DNA of 64,000 nucleotides from the human T2T-CHM13v2.0 reference genome, Homo sapiens (GCF_009914755.1 NC_060928.1), one strand, 5' to 3'. Shown: positions 42,010 to 56,899, counted from the first letter of the stretch. Numbers and translations: made by a program. Notes: a model not told the origin generated them from the sequence alone.

Positions 42010-42860
42010 GAATATTTCAGTTGTCTCTTGCTATATAACCATCCACAGTTTAGTAGCATACACATTAATGACATTATTATTATCTCTTGACTCTGTGGAT
42101 TGGTTTTGTCTAAGGTCACTCTTGTAGCTCCATTTTAGTTGGAATGTGGCGGTTTAAACAGTAAGATCCAAAATTACTCACATATTTGGCAGTTGTGCTG
42201 GCTGCAAGTTGGAGAATCTCAGTTCTTTTCTACTGGGCCACTCAGTTTCCTGCAGCCTAGACACAAATAGAAAACAAGTCTCAGGTTGCACAGATGGAAG
42301 CAAAAGCCATTATTCCTCTTCAGGCCTATACTCTAAAGTCATGCTAATTTACTGTTGTCACCTTTGGTTGTTGAAAGCAAGTTACAAGGTAATCTCAGAT
42401 TCAAGAAGAAGGGAATTAGACTCTACCTCTTGATGGAAAAGGGTGCAAAGTTGCATTCTAAAGAGACATAAGGGATCTGAGAGATTTTTGTGCAATCACT
42501 GCAAGTAATCTGCAAAACTTTGTTCTGTGGCTAAAAGATTTTACATCTATTTCATGTGCAAAATACATCCAAACCCTCACAAAATTTCATCAAATTACAG
42601 CACAAAGTTCAGGTTCTAAGTCCAGAATCTTATTACCTAATCCTATTCTAATGGTGATGTCTCCTAAGATGTTTTTCCTTAGGTGCAGCTTCCTAGGTAG
42701 AGCTTTTTATAAGTTAGATACCTGTGAACTAAAAAGATAGTTTAAAAACCTTTAATCCACTCAGCAGACCATATTAAGACAGGAAGGGGATTATCACAGA
42801 GAAAATCACTCCCATTCATTAAGGAAATGAAGAGGAAAAGGCAATTATCCGTCACAGGTG
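42010..42860 (-). mobile_element. MLT1 (old MaLR) LTR plus internal remnant
   Basis: aaagcaagttacaagg...cagattcaagaagaagggaattagactctacctcttgatgg. Confidence 0.65.
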
Positions 42861-42899
42861 ATGAAATAAATCAACAAAAATATTCATAGGCATTAAACA

Positions 42900-44900
<2,001 letters not shown>

Positions 44901-45157
44901 CAAAGACAAGAGAGTTGCTGATGTTAACTTGGATGATTAACCAACTATAGATTTAGACACGATTTGAGGGTGACGTAAAATAACACCTAATTAAATTTAT
45001 CTCCATGGATTTATTAAGGTAAGTATTTCCTTTGGTTATCAAGGAAGGCTATGCCAATAAAAACAGCATCTTCAAGCACTGTGTTTATTACATGAGGAAC
45101 TGTGCACACATAGATAAAAATGCAGAAGTAACCCCTCTGAATTTATCAGAGACTATA

Positions 45158-45555
45158 TGTAGTAGTTCGAATGTATGTAGTAGTTCGAATGTATGTGTCC
45201 CTCCAAAATTCACATGTTGGAACTTAATATCCTATGTAATGGTATTAAGAGGTGGGGCCTTTGGAGAAGTGAGTAGGTTCTGAACATCCCGCCCTTATGA
45301 ACAGGATTAGTGTTCTTATAGAAGAGGTTGATGGGAGTGCCTAGTCCCTTGTGCCCTTCTGTCTTCCCCTATGTGAGGCTGTAGCAACAAGATGCCATAT
45401 TAGTAGCAGAGAGTAAATCTTCACCAGACACTACATCTGCTGGCACCTTGACCTTTTACTTTGCAGCCTCCAGAACTGTGAGAAATAAATTGCTGTTGTT
45501 TGTAAATTACCTAGTCCGTGGTATTTTGTTATAGCAGCAGGAACGGATTAAGACA
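45158..45555 (+). mobile_element. MST (MSTD-like) MaLR LTR
   Basis: tgtgtccctccaaaattcacatgttgg...cagcctccagaactgtgagaaataaa...attaagaca. Confidence 0.85.
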
Positions 45556-46284
45556 CTAGCCAAACCTCTTCTTGGGATGTAATGTCTTTTCCTTATTACT
45601 GTGTAAAAGACCGCTGCACTGCCATGAACCAGCTCTTTGATTTAACATGCAGGAAAAAAAAAAAAAAACATGTACGATATGGCTTTCGATCCTTTTACCT
45701 TAATGAGATCTTAGTCTCCTTCCATTTATTTGTTTGTCACCTGTACAACCTAAAATTGCCAGATACCTAAATATTTCTTTAAAATTACCACAGGTTTACT
45801 GCACGTTACACTTTAGTGAATGCCCTTAAGCCCAGAACAACAAATATAATGCTCTGTTTAATCCTTTGAGTACACATTGTCCATGTAAATAGTCCGTGTA
45901 ATTTATGAAGAAGTGACTTCAATTAAATTGTGCCTGTAAGTGAATAAGCTAATTCAACCATTTCTTAATATTTAAATTTTAACTGTTATTATACAGCACA
46001 GACATATTATCATTCTTTGAATGCATTGCTTTTTATTTTGTTTGATGTTTGTTTAAAGTGTGATATTTTGAATATTAGACATCCATTTATGTTTTTAGCT
46101 GCCAGATCATTTTTAGTAGATATTTATTGGTGGTAGCAATCAGAGCTTAGCAGAAATGATTTTTTATAACCATTATTTAAAATATAATAATTGCCATGAC
46201 CCATTTTGTTTTTCTTGAAGTAATAGTGCTGGAAACTTATTCTTTGTTCCTTACTAAAACTTTTTTTTCCTTTTTATTTTCTAC

Positions 46285-47165
46285 CTGTTGTTAAAGATTG
46301 AATTTTCAAACTTCCCTGTCACAGGTTCATTATCTGGTAATTAATGAAAACTGTACTTCTCACATACTGGTTTTCAAATCTGCTTGGAGGCCGGGCGCAG
46401 TGGCTTACACCTGTAATCCCAGCAGTTTGGGAAGCCGAGGTGGGCAGATCACCTGAGTTCAGGAGTTCGAGACCAGCCTGGCCAACATGGTGAAACCCTA
46501 TCTCTACTAAAAATACAAAAATTAGCCAGGCATGGTGGCAAGGGCCTGTAATCCCAGCTATATGGGAGACGGAGGCAGGAGAATTGCTTGAACCCAGGAA
46601 GCGGAGGTTTCAGTGAGCCGAGATCACACCATAGCACACAGCACTCCAGCCTGGGCAACAGAGTGACATTCCATCTCAAAAAAAAAAAAAAAAAAAAAAA
46701 AAAGAATAAAACCAAATCTGCTCAGAGACCTATGTCAACAGTAAATTAAGATTTTCTCAGATGTGGCAATGTTTTTTTGAAAATGCTTTCTTTTTTATTG
46801 CAAGTCACGGAGACTGTATCTGATAGGTAAATGTGTTTGTGTCCTCTAATGTTCCTAGTAGAGATTGACACATATATCTACAGCCTAAATGGGTGCTAGT
46901 GTGGAAAGACCTCTTTCTTGTCATTAATTTTCTCCTCATCTATGAACAGTTCTTTCACAATTGATGAGCACTTTATGGTATGAGCCATTTCATTATTATA
47001 GCTTTACAGTAGGCCAGTTAATTCAAATATTAAAAATATTTCCCCTTTCAAAATATTTTAAATATCTATGTTCATTTGATTTTGTCTTAGTTGTTGGCTT
47101 TCACATTTATTCTTCTTTTCTATTGTATCTGACTACATTATAAATGTAGAGCTTATACATAGGAT
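46285..47165 (-). pseudogene. Candidate large exon interrupted by an Alu (...SYNNEMAHTIKCSSIVKELFIDEEKINDKK...LPDNEPVTGKFENSIFNN)
   Basis: Acceptor atattttctctag|; first ~84 codons have 3 stops in this frame vs 12 and 9 in the others; possible donor cag|gtagaa after 46285; may extend further. Confidence 0.4.
46389..46712 (+). mobile_element. AluSx-type SINE
   Basis: TSD caaatctgct(tg/ca)ga at 46375-46388 and 46713-46726. Confidence 0.95.
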
Positions 47166-47303
47166 CTAGAGAAAATATTTTAAAATCTACACTTTTGAAC
47201 TTTCTTACTCCTGTTCAAGCACATATAACACACTAATTTTTGAGGAAAATAATGAAATATTTTACTCTTTTTCCATGTTAGTTGGCATCAGAGGTCAACT
47301 CAC

Positions 47304-47443
47304 ATCCTCTTTAGACAGTAGCAATTAATTCAGGAATTGGCCTTTTCTTTCCAATTATTAGCAAAGATTTGTTGCCTGTCACAGCCTTCCCGCAAGTTTT
47401 AGGTTATAGAAATTGTGAAAACATTTTTCAGCCTGTCTTAGGT
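47304..47443 (-). pseudogene. Candidate exon, 140 nt
   Basis: Donor gat|gtgagt; weak acceptor gtgttcag|; 4 stops in the phase-compatible frame. Confidence 0.35.
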
Positions 47444-47541
47444 CTGAACACACCCTTCCACGTAAGCATAGCCATTAATGACTATACTCAATTTGTGTAT
47501 CCAAATTTCTGTCAGAAGCCAAACTGAGCCCTGGTCCTCAC

Positions 47542-47559
47542 CAACTGTGTTTCAAGTTG
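47542..47559 (-). pseudogene. Candidate 18-nt micro-exon
   Basis: gttttcctttctcatccttttaaatag|caacttgaaacacagttg|gtgagg. Confidence 0.4.
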
Positions 47560-49196
47560 CTATTTAAAAGGATGAGAAAGGAAAACATGAAGGATGTCCT
47601 TTCTGCACACAACTTATAAGTAATTCTAAAACATATTTGGTGGCTATTTTCTGTGTATGGAAGGTAGTTTATTTTATACATGTAATTTATTGATATCAGG
47701 AGTGAGAGGCTATAATATATCTAATTTCTGTTCATTTTTAAACACTTCATATGTTATGGACATTTTATTTTTCAATTATTTTTATATTTATTACATAATA
47801 CGTTACTTTCAATAACAATGTATAGTTGGTTAGTAAGAATAACATATTTAAGAAATAAAAAAGTTTAAAGGCATTTACTTTAATTCAACAGCTATTTTTT
47901 AATTACAAAATTAAATAATAGTAGATTTGGGACTAGAAATGTAATCAAAACAAGACGTCTAGTGTATTATTATTTTTATTTTATAAATAATGCTTTTAAC
48001 ATTTTATTTCACCTCAAGCCACATCCTTATGTCCCTGAATTATGTATGTTTGTGTAAAATATTCAAAAAAATTATAATTAAAAACAGAGAAGGTAAAAAT
48101 AAGTATTCACATAAAATATCATTTTTCTTTCAGAGTCATTTTAGAAAAGGCTTATTTAATAAACTTTGCTGCTTTTGGGGGGAGGTTTTTCTTTTGGTTT
48201 TACTCATCTAGTTCTTAGTAACAAAGATTTTAACTTTGGCTTGGCTCAATCACATATTTTCTCTTATTTTTTAAAAACTAAATTTAATGTTAATAAAAAT
48301 TATATATAATATACATCTAGTATCAAGAATAAGAATACACAAATCAAATATATTTGCTCTTGTCTTTCAGTGTAGTTTTAAAGGCTAGTAAAATTGAAAT
48401 ATGTGTAACTTCTAAATCTAGGAGAGGGCATAAAAGTAGAGTAATAAAAAAACATCCCACAAAGAAATAGTCAATCAAGTCAGGGAAAGAAAAAAAAAAA
48501 AGAAAACTTAAAGAGCAGGACAAACAGCATAAAATAAGATGGTTAAAATCAGTCCAAAGACGTATACGATAAAAAACAAACATAAAATGAAACCACTAGT
48601 TAAAAGATCTACTAATTTAATAAATCTTTACTGACCACTTACAGCGGATTAAATTTTCTAAGTGTTGCAGCATTGAACAAAACAGAAAAAAATCATTGTC
48701 CTAGAACTCACATTTCATTAGAGAGGCAGACACTAGATGAATAATTAATTGATAGTAGTAAGTGTGATGGAAAAAAGGGGTAATGAGAGTTACCAGTCCT
48801 CGAGCCCATCCTATAAGCCCAGGATAGAACTTTCACAATGTGGAGTGGCAGGTGCAGTGGGAGCTTCTACTCTGGTGGCCTTCCCTGCCCAACCAGATAG
48901 ATGCCCCATATGACAGAACTGGGGAGATGGGAACACCCCTTACCTAAAATACCACATACTTCCATTGTTTTTATTTAGATTCAGCAAATTTTTTGAAGAA
49001 ATATTTATCAATGCATTCTATGCCATTTTAGTCAAATTTCCTCAAAAAATGGTTATTTTTAACAATTGTGTCCCATTTTATTGTCTTTTGAAGGAAGGAT
49101 TTGCCAGACTCCTCACACAGCCATTCAAAAGCCTCATTCCCTGATTTAATTAACTATAAACTCTTCTTCCCCCCAGACTACTTAAATTTTACTTAC

Positions 49197-49228
49197 CAGT
49201 ATAACTAGTTATTTTATATGACCTAGGT
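49197..49228 (-). pseudogene. Candidate 32-nt exon (PRSYKITSYT)
   Basis: ctaac branch point + ttccttttag| acceptor; consensus donor ctg|gtaagt. Confidence 0.45.
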
Positions 49229-49809
49229 CTAAAAGGAAGTTAGTGTAAATACTGAATTGCTTGCTTTTAAAACTAGTATCTAGCTACTATAAAATGTCTC
49301 TCAATTGCTATCTAATTTTACCCTAGTGTTCCATAGGTGATTCTCTGTACTATCAATTGCTATAATATTTCATCCAAATAAGTAATATCTGTATGACTTC
49401 ATAGTATTTATTCACATAGTTATTATGCACTGCACAACTGAGAAATGCTGAGGCACTAAATCTCCCATTATTACCGGAGAAGATCTTGTGTAAAAGTATG
49501 TATAATACAGGCTGCTGTCTGAAATCTGCTTTAATTTCAAAACCCCCTTTCCCAAATCATGTGGATTACTTTATTGATAATGAAAAACATTTTTTAAATA
49601 ACTTTTTATAAGTCCACATTCTATGAAATAAAACAAGCAGCAAAATATACTGAAATAGAGGAGGAAATAAAAGGGCTAACATAAAATAACTTAAAAGTAT
49701 CTCTAAAGCTTTAGCAACCTATGGGTGGCTCTTTGGAAAATATTGCACATCTCTCAAAAATGTTACTGCCTCTTCCACATCCGGTTCTACTTTCATTTTG
49801 TATGTAGGT

Positions 49810-50296
49810 TACAATGGTTAATTTTAACCTGGTCGTGAGGTGCCCAAATATTTGGTTAAACATTTTTTTTTGGTGTTTCTATGTGTGTGTGTCTTTGGAT
49901 GAAATTAACATTTAAAGCAGATTGCTCTTGCTAATATATGTGGGCCTCTCCCAATCAGTTGAGGGCCTGAATACAACAAAAATGTTCATCCCCCCTTGAG
50001 TAGGAGAGAATACTTTCTGTCTGATGTTGAAATGGGACATCAGCTTTTCCCCTACCTTTTGACTGGCACTGAGGTATCAGCTCTTTCTGGGTCTTGAGAC
50101 TACTGGCTTTGGACTGGAACTATACCATTCACTCCCTTGGTTTTCTGGCTTTTGAACTTCTACTGGAACTATGCCCTCAGCTCTCCTATGTCTCCAGCTT
50201 CTTAAGTCACATGCAGATCTTAAGAGTTGCCAATATCCATAATCATGTGAGCCAATTCCTACAATAAATATCTCTATATTTGGTTCTGTTTCTCTG
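49810..50296 (+). mobile_element. MLT2 (C/D-like) LTR, 3' end clipped
   Basis: aatggttaatttt...ccaatcagttgagggcctgaata...ccataatcatgtgagccaattcc. Confidence 0.85.
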
Positions 50297-51514
50297 TATT
50301 TCTTCTTCATCAGAGTAGAATTTTACTTTAATTTAAATGATTGTTCTTTTAATTATCAATTATCCAAATTATAAGAATTCTACAAACTTGAAAGAAATTT
50401 AATCATAAATCACAAAACCTGTCACAAAAATTAAAGATGTAATTTGTGCATTGTTATACCAGGAACAATAAGAAGCCACAAGTATGGCACTCTAAGCGAC
50501 AAAATGTATAAATGTTCAACACATATCATTTGTGGCTTTTCAAAATCTCTCTAACACAAAGGATGTCCAACTGTACTGAAAAGATATTAATATACTCTAT
50601 CATAGTTTGAATAAATGCATTTCAAACCTACAGCAAGATAGAGTATGTCTGCACTGTTCTGTGTAATCACATTATTTTTTTCTCAAATTATTAATTAAAC
50701 ATACAGTCAAAAATCAAAAATTTCATCTAGGAAGAATACATTTATTTATGGAAAATATTCTTCACTATCCTGTGTCTAGGTTACATAAAACAGCCAGTAT
50801 AAACAGCAAATAAAATTGTAAAAATTGGAAAGCATAAATTTATTTTTTCTATTGATTCTTGTGGCATAGTACACAATTTCTAATATTTAAGAATATCAAT
50901 TTAATATTAATTCTAGAAATATGACTGATGCCAATCGTGTTGTGCTCACTGTTTAATCTGTTCATTGTAGATCACAACTACTAGAAAATTAATATTTTCC
51001 CAGATCTTAAATTATTAAATATTTCATTTATTGTATTCAAATTTAAAAAAAATCAGCATCAGTAGTTACTAATTGGTAGTTTTAAGAGCAAAAAAAAAAA
51101 AAAGTAATATGACTTTAAAGTAACTTCTAACATTATGTGACCTTGAGAAAGTTACTCTGCCTGTCTGGATCTCATTTTTATTATCTAAAAATGATGGTCA
51201 CATGTAATTGTTCAGGTAATTTTTTTTTCTTTTCTACTCTTCTCTAATAATTGGTTATATATGTTCAAGGGTAAATATGAAGAGTATATTCTGAATGAGA
51301 ATTACATATAAGCATCAATTTTAACTGCATTCTAAGTTTATATTTAAAGCATTTAAACATTATTTTCAAGGACACAAATATATCTCATATTTATTCTCCT
51401 GACTAGCTGAGTTCATACATATCAAGGTTCTGTCTTCTCCTAGTGTACAAGCTATGCTTAATGTACATGCTGGTCTCCTCTTCATCAAAGATGTCCTTCT
51501 TTTCTCTCCCTTAC

Positions 51515-51653
51515 CTCAATTTTATCATCATTTCAATGAAAAATAGTTATCACTTTATTTCCAGGCTTTCTCAAAGCCAGGGTTACATCAAAGTTTTCCA
51601 CTCATGTAACTTATTTTCTTTAAAATATAGATTCATCCTCAGAAGCAATGCTG
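51515..51653 (-). pseudogene. Candidate exon, 139 nt (SIASEDESIF..VENFDVTLALRKPGNKVITIFH*NDDKIE)
   Basis: Donor gag|gtaagg; phase-2 start matches the end of the 54025 exon; weak acceptor. Confidence 0.4.
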
Positions 51654-53194
51654 CTATTAATAATTAAATAATGCCCCCTTTATATTTTTACATATGAAGT
51701 TTCAGAAGCTTCAGATAGGAAATGATAATTTTTCCCTGTCCATAAATATATTCAGCATATACCATTTTATACATGAAGGCAACACATAAGGAACGTTTAT
51801 TCTCCATGTTTCAGTGCACCAAAGGCTCTACACGATGGTACATCTAAAATAACCTAAGGAGAACCATTGTCCAATGACCGCAGAAGTCCTTACAAAACTT
51901 CATACTTGACTGCCAAATATGTAATTCTTTGAGGACTTATTTGCATTTTACAGGTAATATATTCAATAAAATGTTCATATCTTTAGTCCTGTTGAATTTT
52001 GTTATGACCTACAGTAACCTGGGCAGTCACTGAAAAGGCATAGCAGGTGAAAAATGGAATTGTTTGTATATAATCAGTTCCCTTCAGCTATGATCCTTAG
52101 CAAACCCAATCTGGATCACCTGGATTCACCCTACATGAGAGGCAGTGACTAAGAAGAAAGGGAACATAAGAAGGTTTAACTTGGATTCAGGCAATATGAA
52201 ATTAGAGCCTAGCTTAAAAATTAGGTGTACAAGCCATATCTTCTATCTTGGTCTTAGTTCTATTATCTGAATAAAAAAATGAGTTTGATATTTCAAGAAT
52301 TTCCAGCTATTTGCTTCATGGTTTTCTATGGCAATTTATTAATTACTAGCAATATGATTACTTTGCCTTAAGAAGGTAGTAAGATTTACAGTAACATATG
52401 ATTACATTTGGAATTCACAAATTTTGGAAAGGCAATAAATTACAGTTTCCTATGGGGGATGCTTTTCTCAAATTTTTATTTTAGTGTTCTTGAACTTCGT
52501 TCTCTTAAGGATAATATATTGAACCATTAAGATGATTTTTACTTCTAACCATTTCAGCATAGGAAAATTCAACACAATAAGTTATCTTCCATTCATGTAT
52601 ACCAGTTTTTGGAGCCACAAAACCCTTAGATATGTCTCCTCTTTTAATGAAAGTATGATGAATGGAAGAAGATTATGATTATGCAAATATAGCATATATT
52701 AGAGCTGTATTGCGTAACCCTCAATTTTCCCTAGTTCAATGAACTTAAACCTAGTGTTAGGGATCAATGGGAAGACAAACCGTGGTTTAAGGAAAGCCAA
52801 CACATTCCATTGATAACTAATGAGTCATTGGTCTGGGAGCAGGTCTTGCCCTCAGACTGAGGACTGGAAAATAGAGGAATGAACATACTATTTCTATTTG
52901 TATTTATTTTATCTCAAATAAGAGCTTGAATGATCATGTAGGGGTACTTTATCAAGGATGCCTCCCCCAGGTTACTTAGACTTGAGGGTAAGTTAGCTTT
53001 TTCTATTTCTGAAAGGTTGGGCTTCCGAGTGAGCCACGTTCCAGGCTATAAATAAAAGCAGAGTGATTTTAAGAATCAGAATACAAAGCAGGTGATGACA
53101 GTGGAAAACTATGCTGCCTGGGATAGCAAAGTCAATAAAAAGCAGCACTTAGAGGGGAATATTATATTGGAAAGGCAGAGTCCAGAAAGTTGTT

Positions 53195-53735
53195 TCAGTG
53201 GTTGTTAAGAATCACTTGGAGAGCATGTCACAATACATGCTAAAATCCATGATCTCAAACTCTGACAACATGAATCAGAATCTCCAGATGATCTTGTGGA
53301 TCTGATATTTCAACAACTAAACCAAATAAGTCTTATGTGCAGGTGTCTTGAAAATCAATGTTCTTTATCTTTTCTCTTGTACAGTGACTATGGCTATACA
53401 TTGAAAACACTTAGTGGTGAGCATTTAAAATGATCTATACACACTCACCTCCAGCCCAGTTGAATGAAAATCTCTAATGTGTGCAGCCTGGGGATTATTG
53501 CCTATAAGAAATTCCCCAGGTGATTTTAATATGCAATCACGTTTGGGAATCACTGGCAAAATTGCAGTTATACATCAGTGTTTCTCAAACTTTAAAATGC
53601 ACAGAAATCACCCAGATACCTTGTCAATTTGAAGATTCTGATTTAGCTATGGTGGGACCTGAGCTTCTGCATTTTTAACAAGCTTGTAAATGATGTAAAT
53701 GCTGCTGGTTCAAAGATCATTAAGTAGCAGTGGCC
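53195..53735. mobile_element. Cluster of three MER5-family hAT MITEs
   Basis: cagtgtttctcaaac.., gaatcagaatctc, ccccaggtgattttaatatgca..tttgggaatcactg. Confidence 0.7.
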
Positions 53736-54024
53736 TAAATCATGTGACTATTATAGAATGGAACAGTGATCAGTTCTGTTACCTGACCATAATGGCTAAA
53801 CAAAACAACCAAATTATAAATTAAAAGGGGTTTGAATATATAGAACATTCATTTTTCAGCTACTAGCCAAAAAATACTATCTCTACCTGCTATCCCATGT
53901 GTTGTGTTCTTTTTAGACTGTCTAATTTTGAGCTGAACTGTTTCTTAGACTGACAGACAAGTCATAAATCAAGTGATTGCTATAAATGCTTTTTATTTAT
54001 ATAGAGAGTGTCTCAGATTTTTAC

Positions 54025-54271
54025 CTTTCTTTCATAAACTTGTCATAAATTTCTAATTCACCAATAGATGGTTGGTGTCCATTTTTCTTGAGTCTAAGAC
54101 ACTTTTAAAAATTTACTTGACTTGGTCTTTTACGTACTTTCTTCAGAGCCTTTCTTACTACATGTACTAATTCTTGCCTCCTTTGTTCTTTGTCTTTCAT
54201 TGCAAAGCAGTAGTTTTTCCTGGTTTATAGCATCCATGGTTTAGGATGCTGAAATACTTCCAGTAAGGATG
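54025..54271 (-). pseudogene. Candidate first coding exon (ATG at 54237)
   Basis: gttcacttacag| acceptor; aaaccATGG Kozak; aag|gtaaaa donor; purine-rich; 2 stops and an ACCA duplication. Confidence 0.5.
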
Positions 54272-55997
54272 CTGTAAGTGAACATTCTGTAATCAGCTAA
54301 GCACGGACCATTTTTCTCTCTTTCCTCTTCCCTGTGATGATAATTTTTTGGCTACTGTTGAAATTGTCCCCCTGTTGAGCTCAGCAGAGAAGGCTTGGTC
54401 CATTTTCACATCAGTAGAAAGAATGTTCCTATGAAATTTTTATTCATCTGCCATTGTTTATCAAAAAGTGGTTTCAATAGCAATACTAGAGTTATTATCC
54501 ACAGTATATATTGTGTAGTCAGTACAAATAAGAACATTAAATTGATGTTTATATTACAAACGAAGTATAATCTACATTTAGGAATCCTTATTTTATACAA
54601 ATAATTCATAGCAAAATCTTTTAGGATGATTTTGTCATCATTAGCTTTGAGTGACTGAGCTAAGAGTAGAGAGGCTAAAAGCCCCTGATAATTTTTAGTT
54701 CCAAGGATTAAAATTGTGCAGAGTTTAAGGTGTTATTTTTTTTGAGAAAACACTTTATAGTATGTTTTTCATATACTATAATTATTAATTTAATAGAACA
54801 ACATAAGTAATTGATATATGTTCATTATAGCTTCTACAGGTTTTAACGAAAATGCAAAAAAATCCTGGATGTGCACAGTTTTAAAAAATACTTAACCAAA
54901 TTCAAGAAAGTCAAAGTCTTAACACATTTAACACAGCCTCTCATGTACTAAATGAATTACAACTAAATGGACCTAAGTTCTAGAAAATAAATAATGGAAA
55001 ATAATACTATAGTGACAGAGAGATGAACAAGAAGGAAATGACCAACTCTTTTCTCATTTTTATGTCTCTAATTCCTTTGGCTGGGAACAGCTAGGTAGTT
55101 CATGTGAAAAGAGCATTTGTAAATTCAGTTGAGATAAAAACAAAAAAGAATATAAGAAAATCTTTTGTATTTAAGTATAATTTGTGTCTTTTCAGTAAGT
55201 CTTTCATGAATATATTTTGGATTTCAGTGCAAATAGTTTAGGTCCAAATATTAAAGGTAATTTAATGAACTTAAACTTTCACTCTTTCATCTTACAAATC
55301 AACCCCATATCTTAAAATTGTATTCAATAAATGTCTTATAATTTTCAGGAAGAGACAGCGGAGGAAAATTATTAATCAGGTATTCATTTAAATTATTATT
55401 TATTTATTTTAGATTTGTAAATGTCTCTGCAGAAATATAATTTGATCTTGTTTGAGGGTTCATAAAGCACCTCCAGACCACATATTTCAGTGTTACTACT
55501 AAAAACATCAATTTTTATTGTACTCCAAATATGTGGTAGTGCTCAACGTTCTGGATAATAAAATAGTGGAGACACAAGCTTTTTATTATACTCTGGAGTG
55601 GAGAATGATCCCACCGAGCATCTTAATCTCTGAAATTTCTGGGAGAAAGACACATTCATCTCTACTTCAAAGTTATGTTAGAACAATCTTAAGAGAAGGT
55701 CATGGGTAAGGTAAAGCCCACAGAATCAATACTCACAATTTTGTAGATTCATTAAGTTTATGTATAGCTTGAACACTTTCAGAGGTGTCTGCCAAAGGGC
55801 TATTTATAACAAAATATCACCACTGGGGAATAAAAGTTTCATTTTCTAGAACTTCTCTTTGGCTTTATTTCAAAATACAGTGAAATCACCCACACACATA
55901 CACACCACCGCCGCCATCCCTGCTACCACAAGTAGGGAAATGTTTAAGCCACTGATGTAAAAATATGAATTTTATTATCAGAAAATGATCAGCCACA

Positions 55998-56159
55998 ATT
56001 TGTTTGTTTGTTTGTTTGTTTGTTTGTTTGTTTCAGGGGATTCATGTGCAAGTTTGTGACCAGGGTATATTGCATGATGCTGAGGTTTCGGCTTCTATTT
56101 ACCCCGTGACCCAAATAGTGAACATAATACCAAATAGGTAGTTTTTCAGCTCTTAGCTC
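55998..56159 (-). mobile_element. Old L1PA/L1PB 3' end with (AAAC)n tail
   Basis: gatgctgaggtttcgg...cccaaatagtgaacata...aataggtagtttttc; (tttg)n. Confidence 0.8.
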
Positions 56160-56177
56160 TGAAGCAGGTGCCCATCC

Positions 56178-56829
56178 TGAAGCAGCTTCAGTATCTGGGG
56201 TAAATACCCAGGGTTCGTCGTCTGGTGCCCAGAGGATTAACGACACGGACTCACACACATGAGCGGGTTAAGGAGATTCGGAAACTTTAACAGAAAAAAA
56301 GGAGAGAAAGAGAGAGAGCAAGAGAGACAGCTTTCTCATACAGAGAAAGTGGATTGCCCACGAGGGTTTCTGGGTTTGGGGCAGGATATGATTGATTTTG
56401 TAGACAGGCTTGAGGAGGAGGTGACTGATTTACATAGGGCCCAGGGGATTGGTTTCACCGGTGTGCCATTTACATAGCCCATGAAGAAACTGACCCTCAC
56501 ACCCGCACCTTTTATTATGCAAATATGGCTTCTACATGGCTAGTGTCATGAAACCTGCACACGTAGGTTTACCTGGCCTGTGCCATGATACCCGCACACG
56601 TGACGACCATGAGGAGGGAGGGGGAATCGCCATATTGGGTGCACCTGGCTTTTATTACAGCTGCCAGTATTTACATATGCAAGCTTCCCAGTTTGCTTGC
56701 AGCTTGACTTTTCAGGCTTTCTGTTAGAAAAGAAATTCTGGGGCTGCTTTTTATTAAAGAAAAATTCCACTGAAAACTCTTTTACCCTCCCTAACTGCCT
56801 AAAATAATTTCTTAATAACTTCTGTGTTA
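56178..56829 (-). mobile_element. MER61/LTR9-like ERV1 solo LTR
   Basis: tgaagcagc..tctggggtaaatacccagggttcgtcgtc...aggcttgaggagg...ggggctgctttttattaaag...cctaaaataatttc. Confidence 0.8.
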
Positions 56830-56899
56830 TCTCTCACCTCTAGACCCATGACAGGCAGTGCTCAAGTTGTAGGAACAGCTTGCACACAGCTTGAGTGAG

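Noticed and set aside
51763-51855. Possible extra exon between the 54025 and 51653 candidates
   Set aside because: Stops in every frame, a weak donor, and not needed for phase continuity.
54025-54130. Faint resemblance of the reconstructed peptide to the EFCAB13 N-terminus
   Set aside because: Short, low-identity and from memory only; no EF-hand motifs in the other exons, so no gene symbol was assigned.
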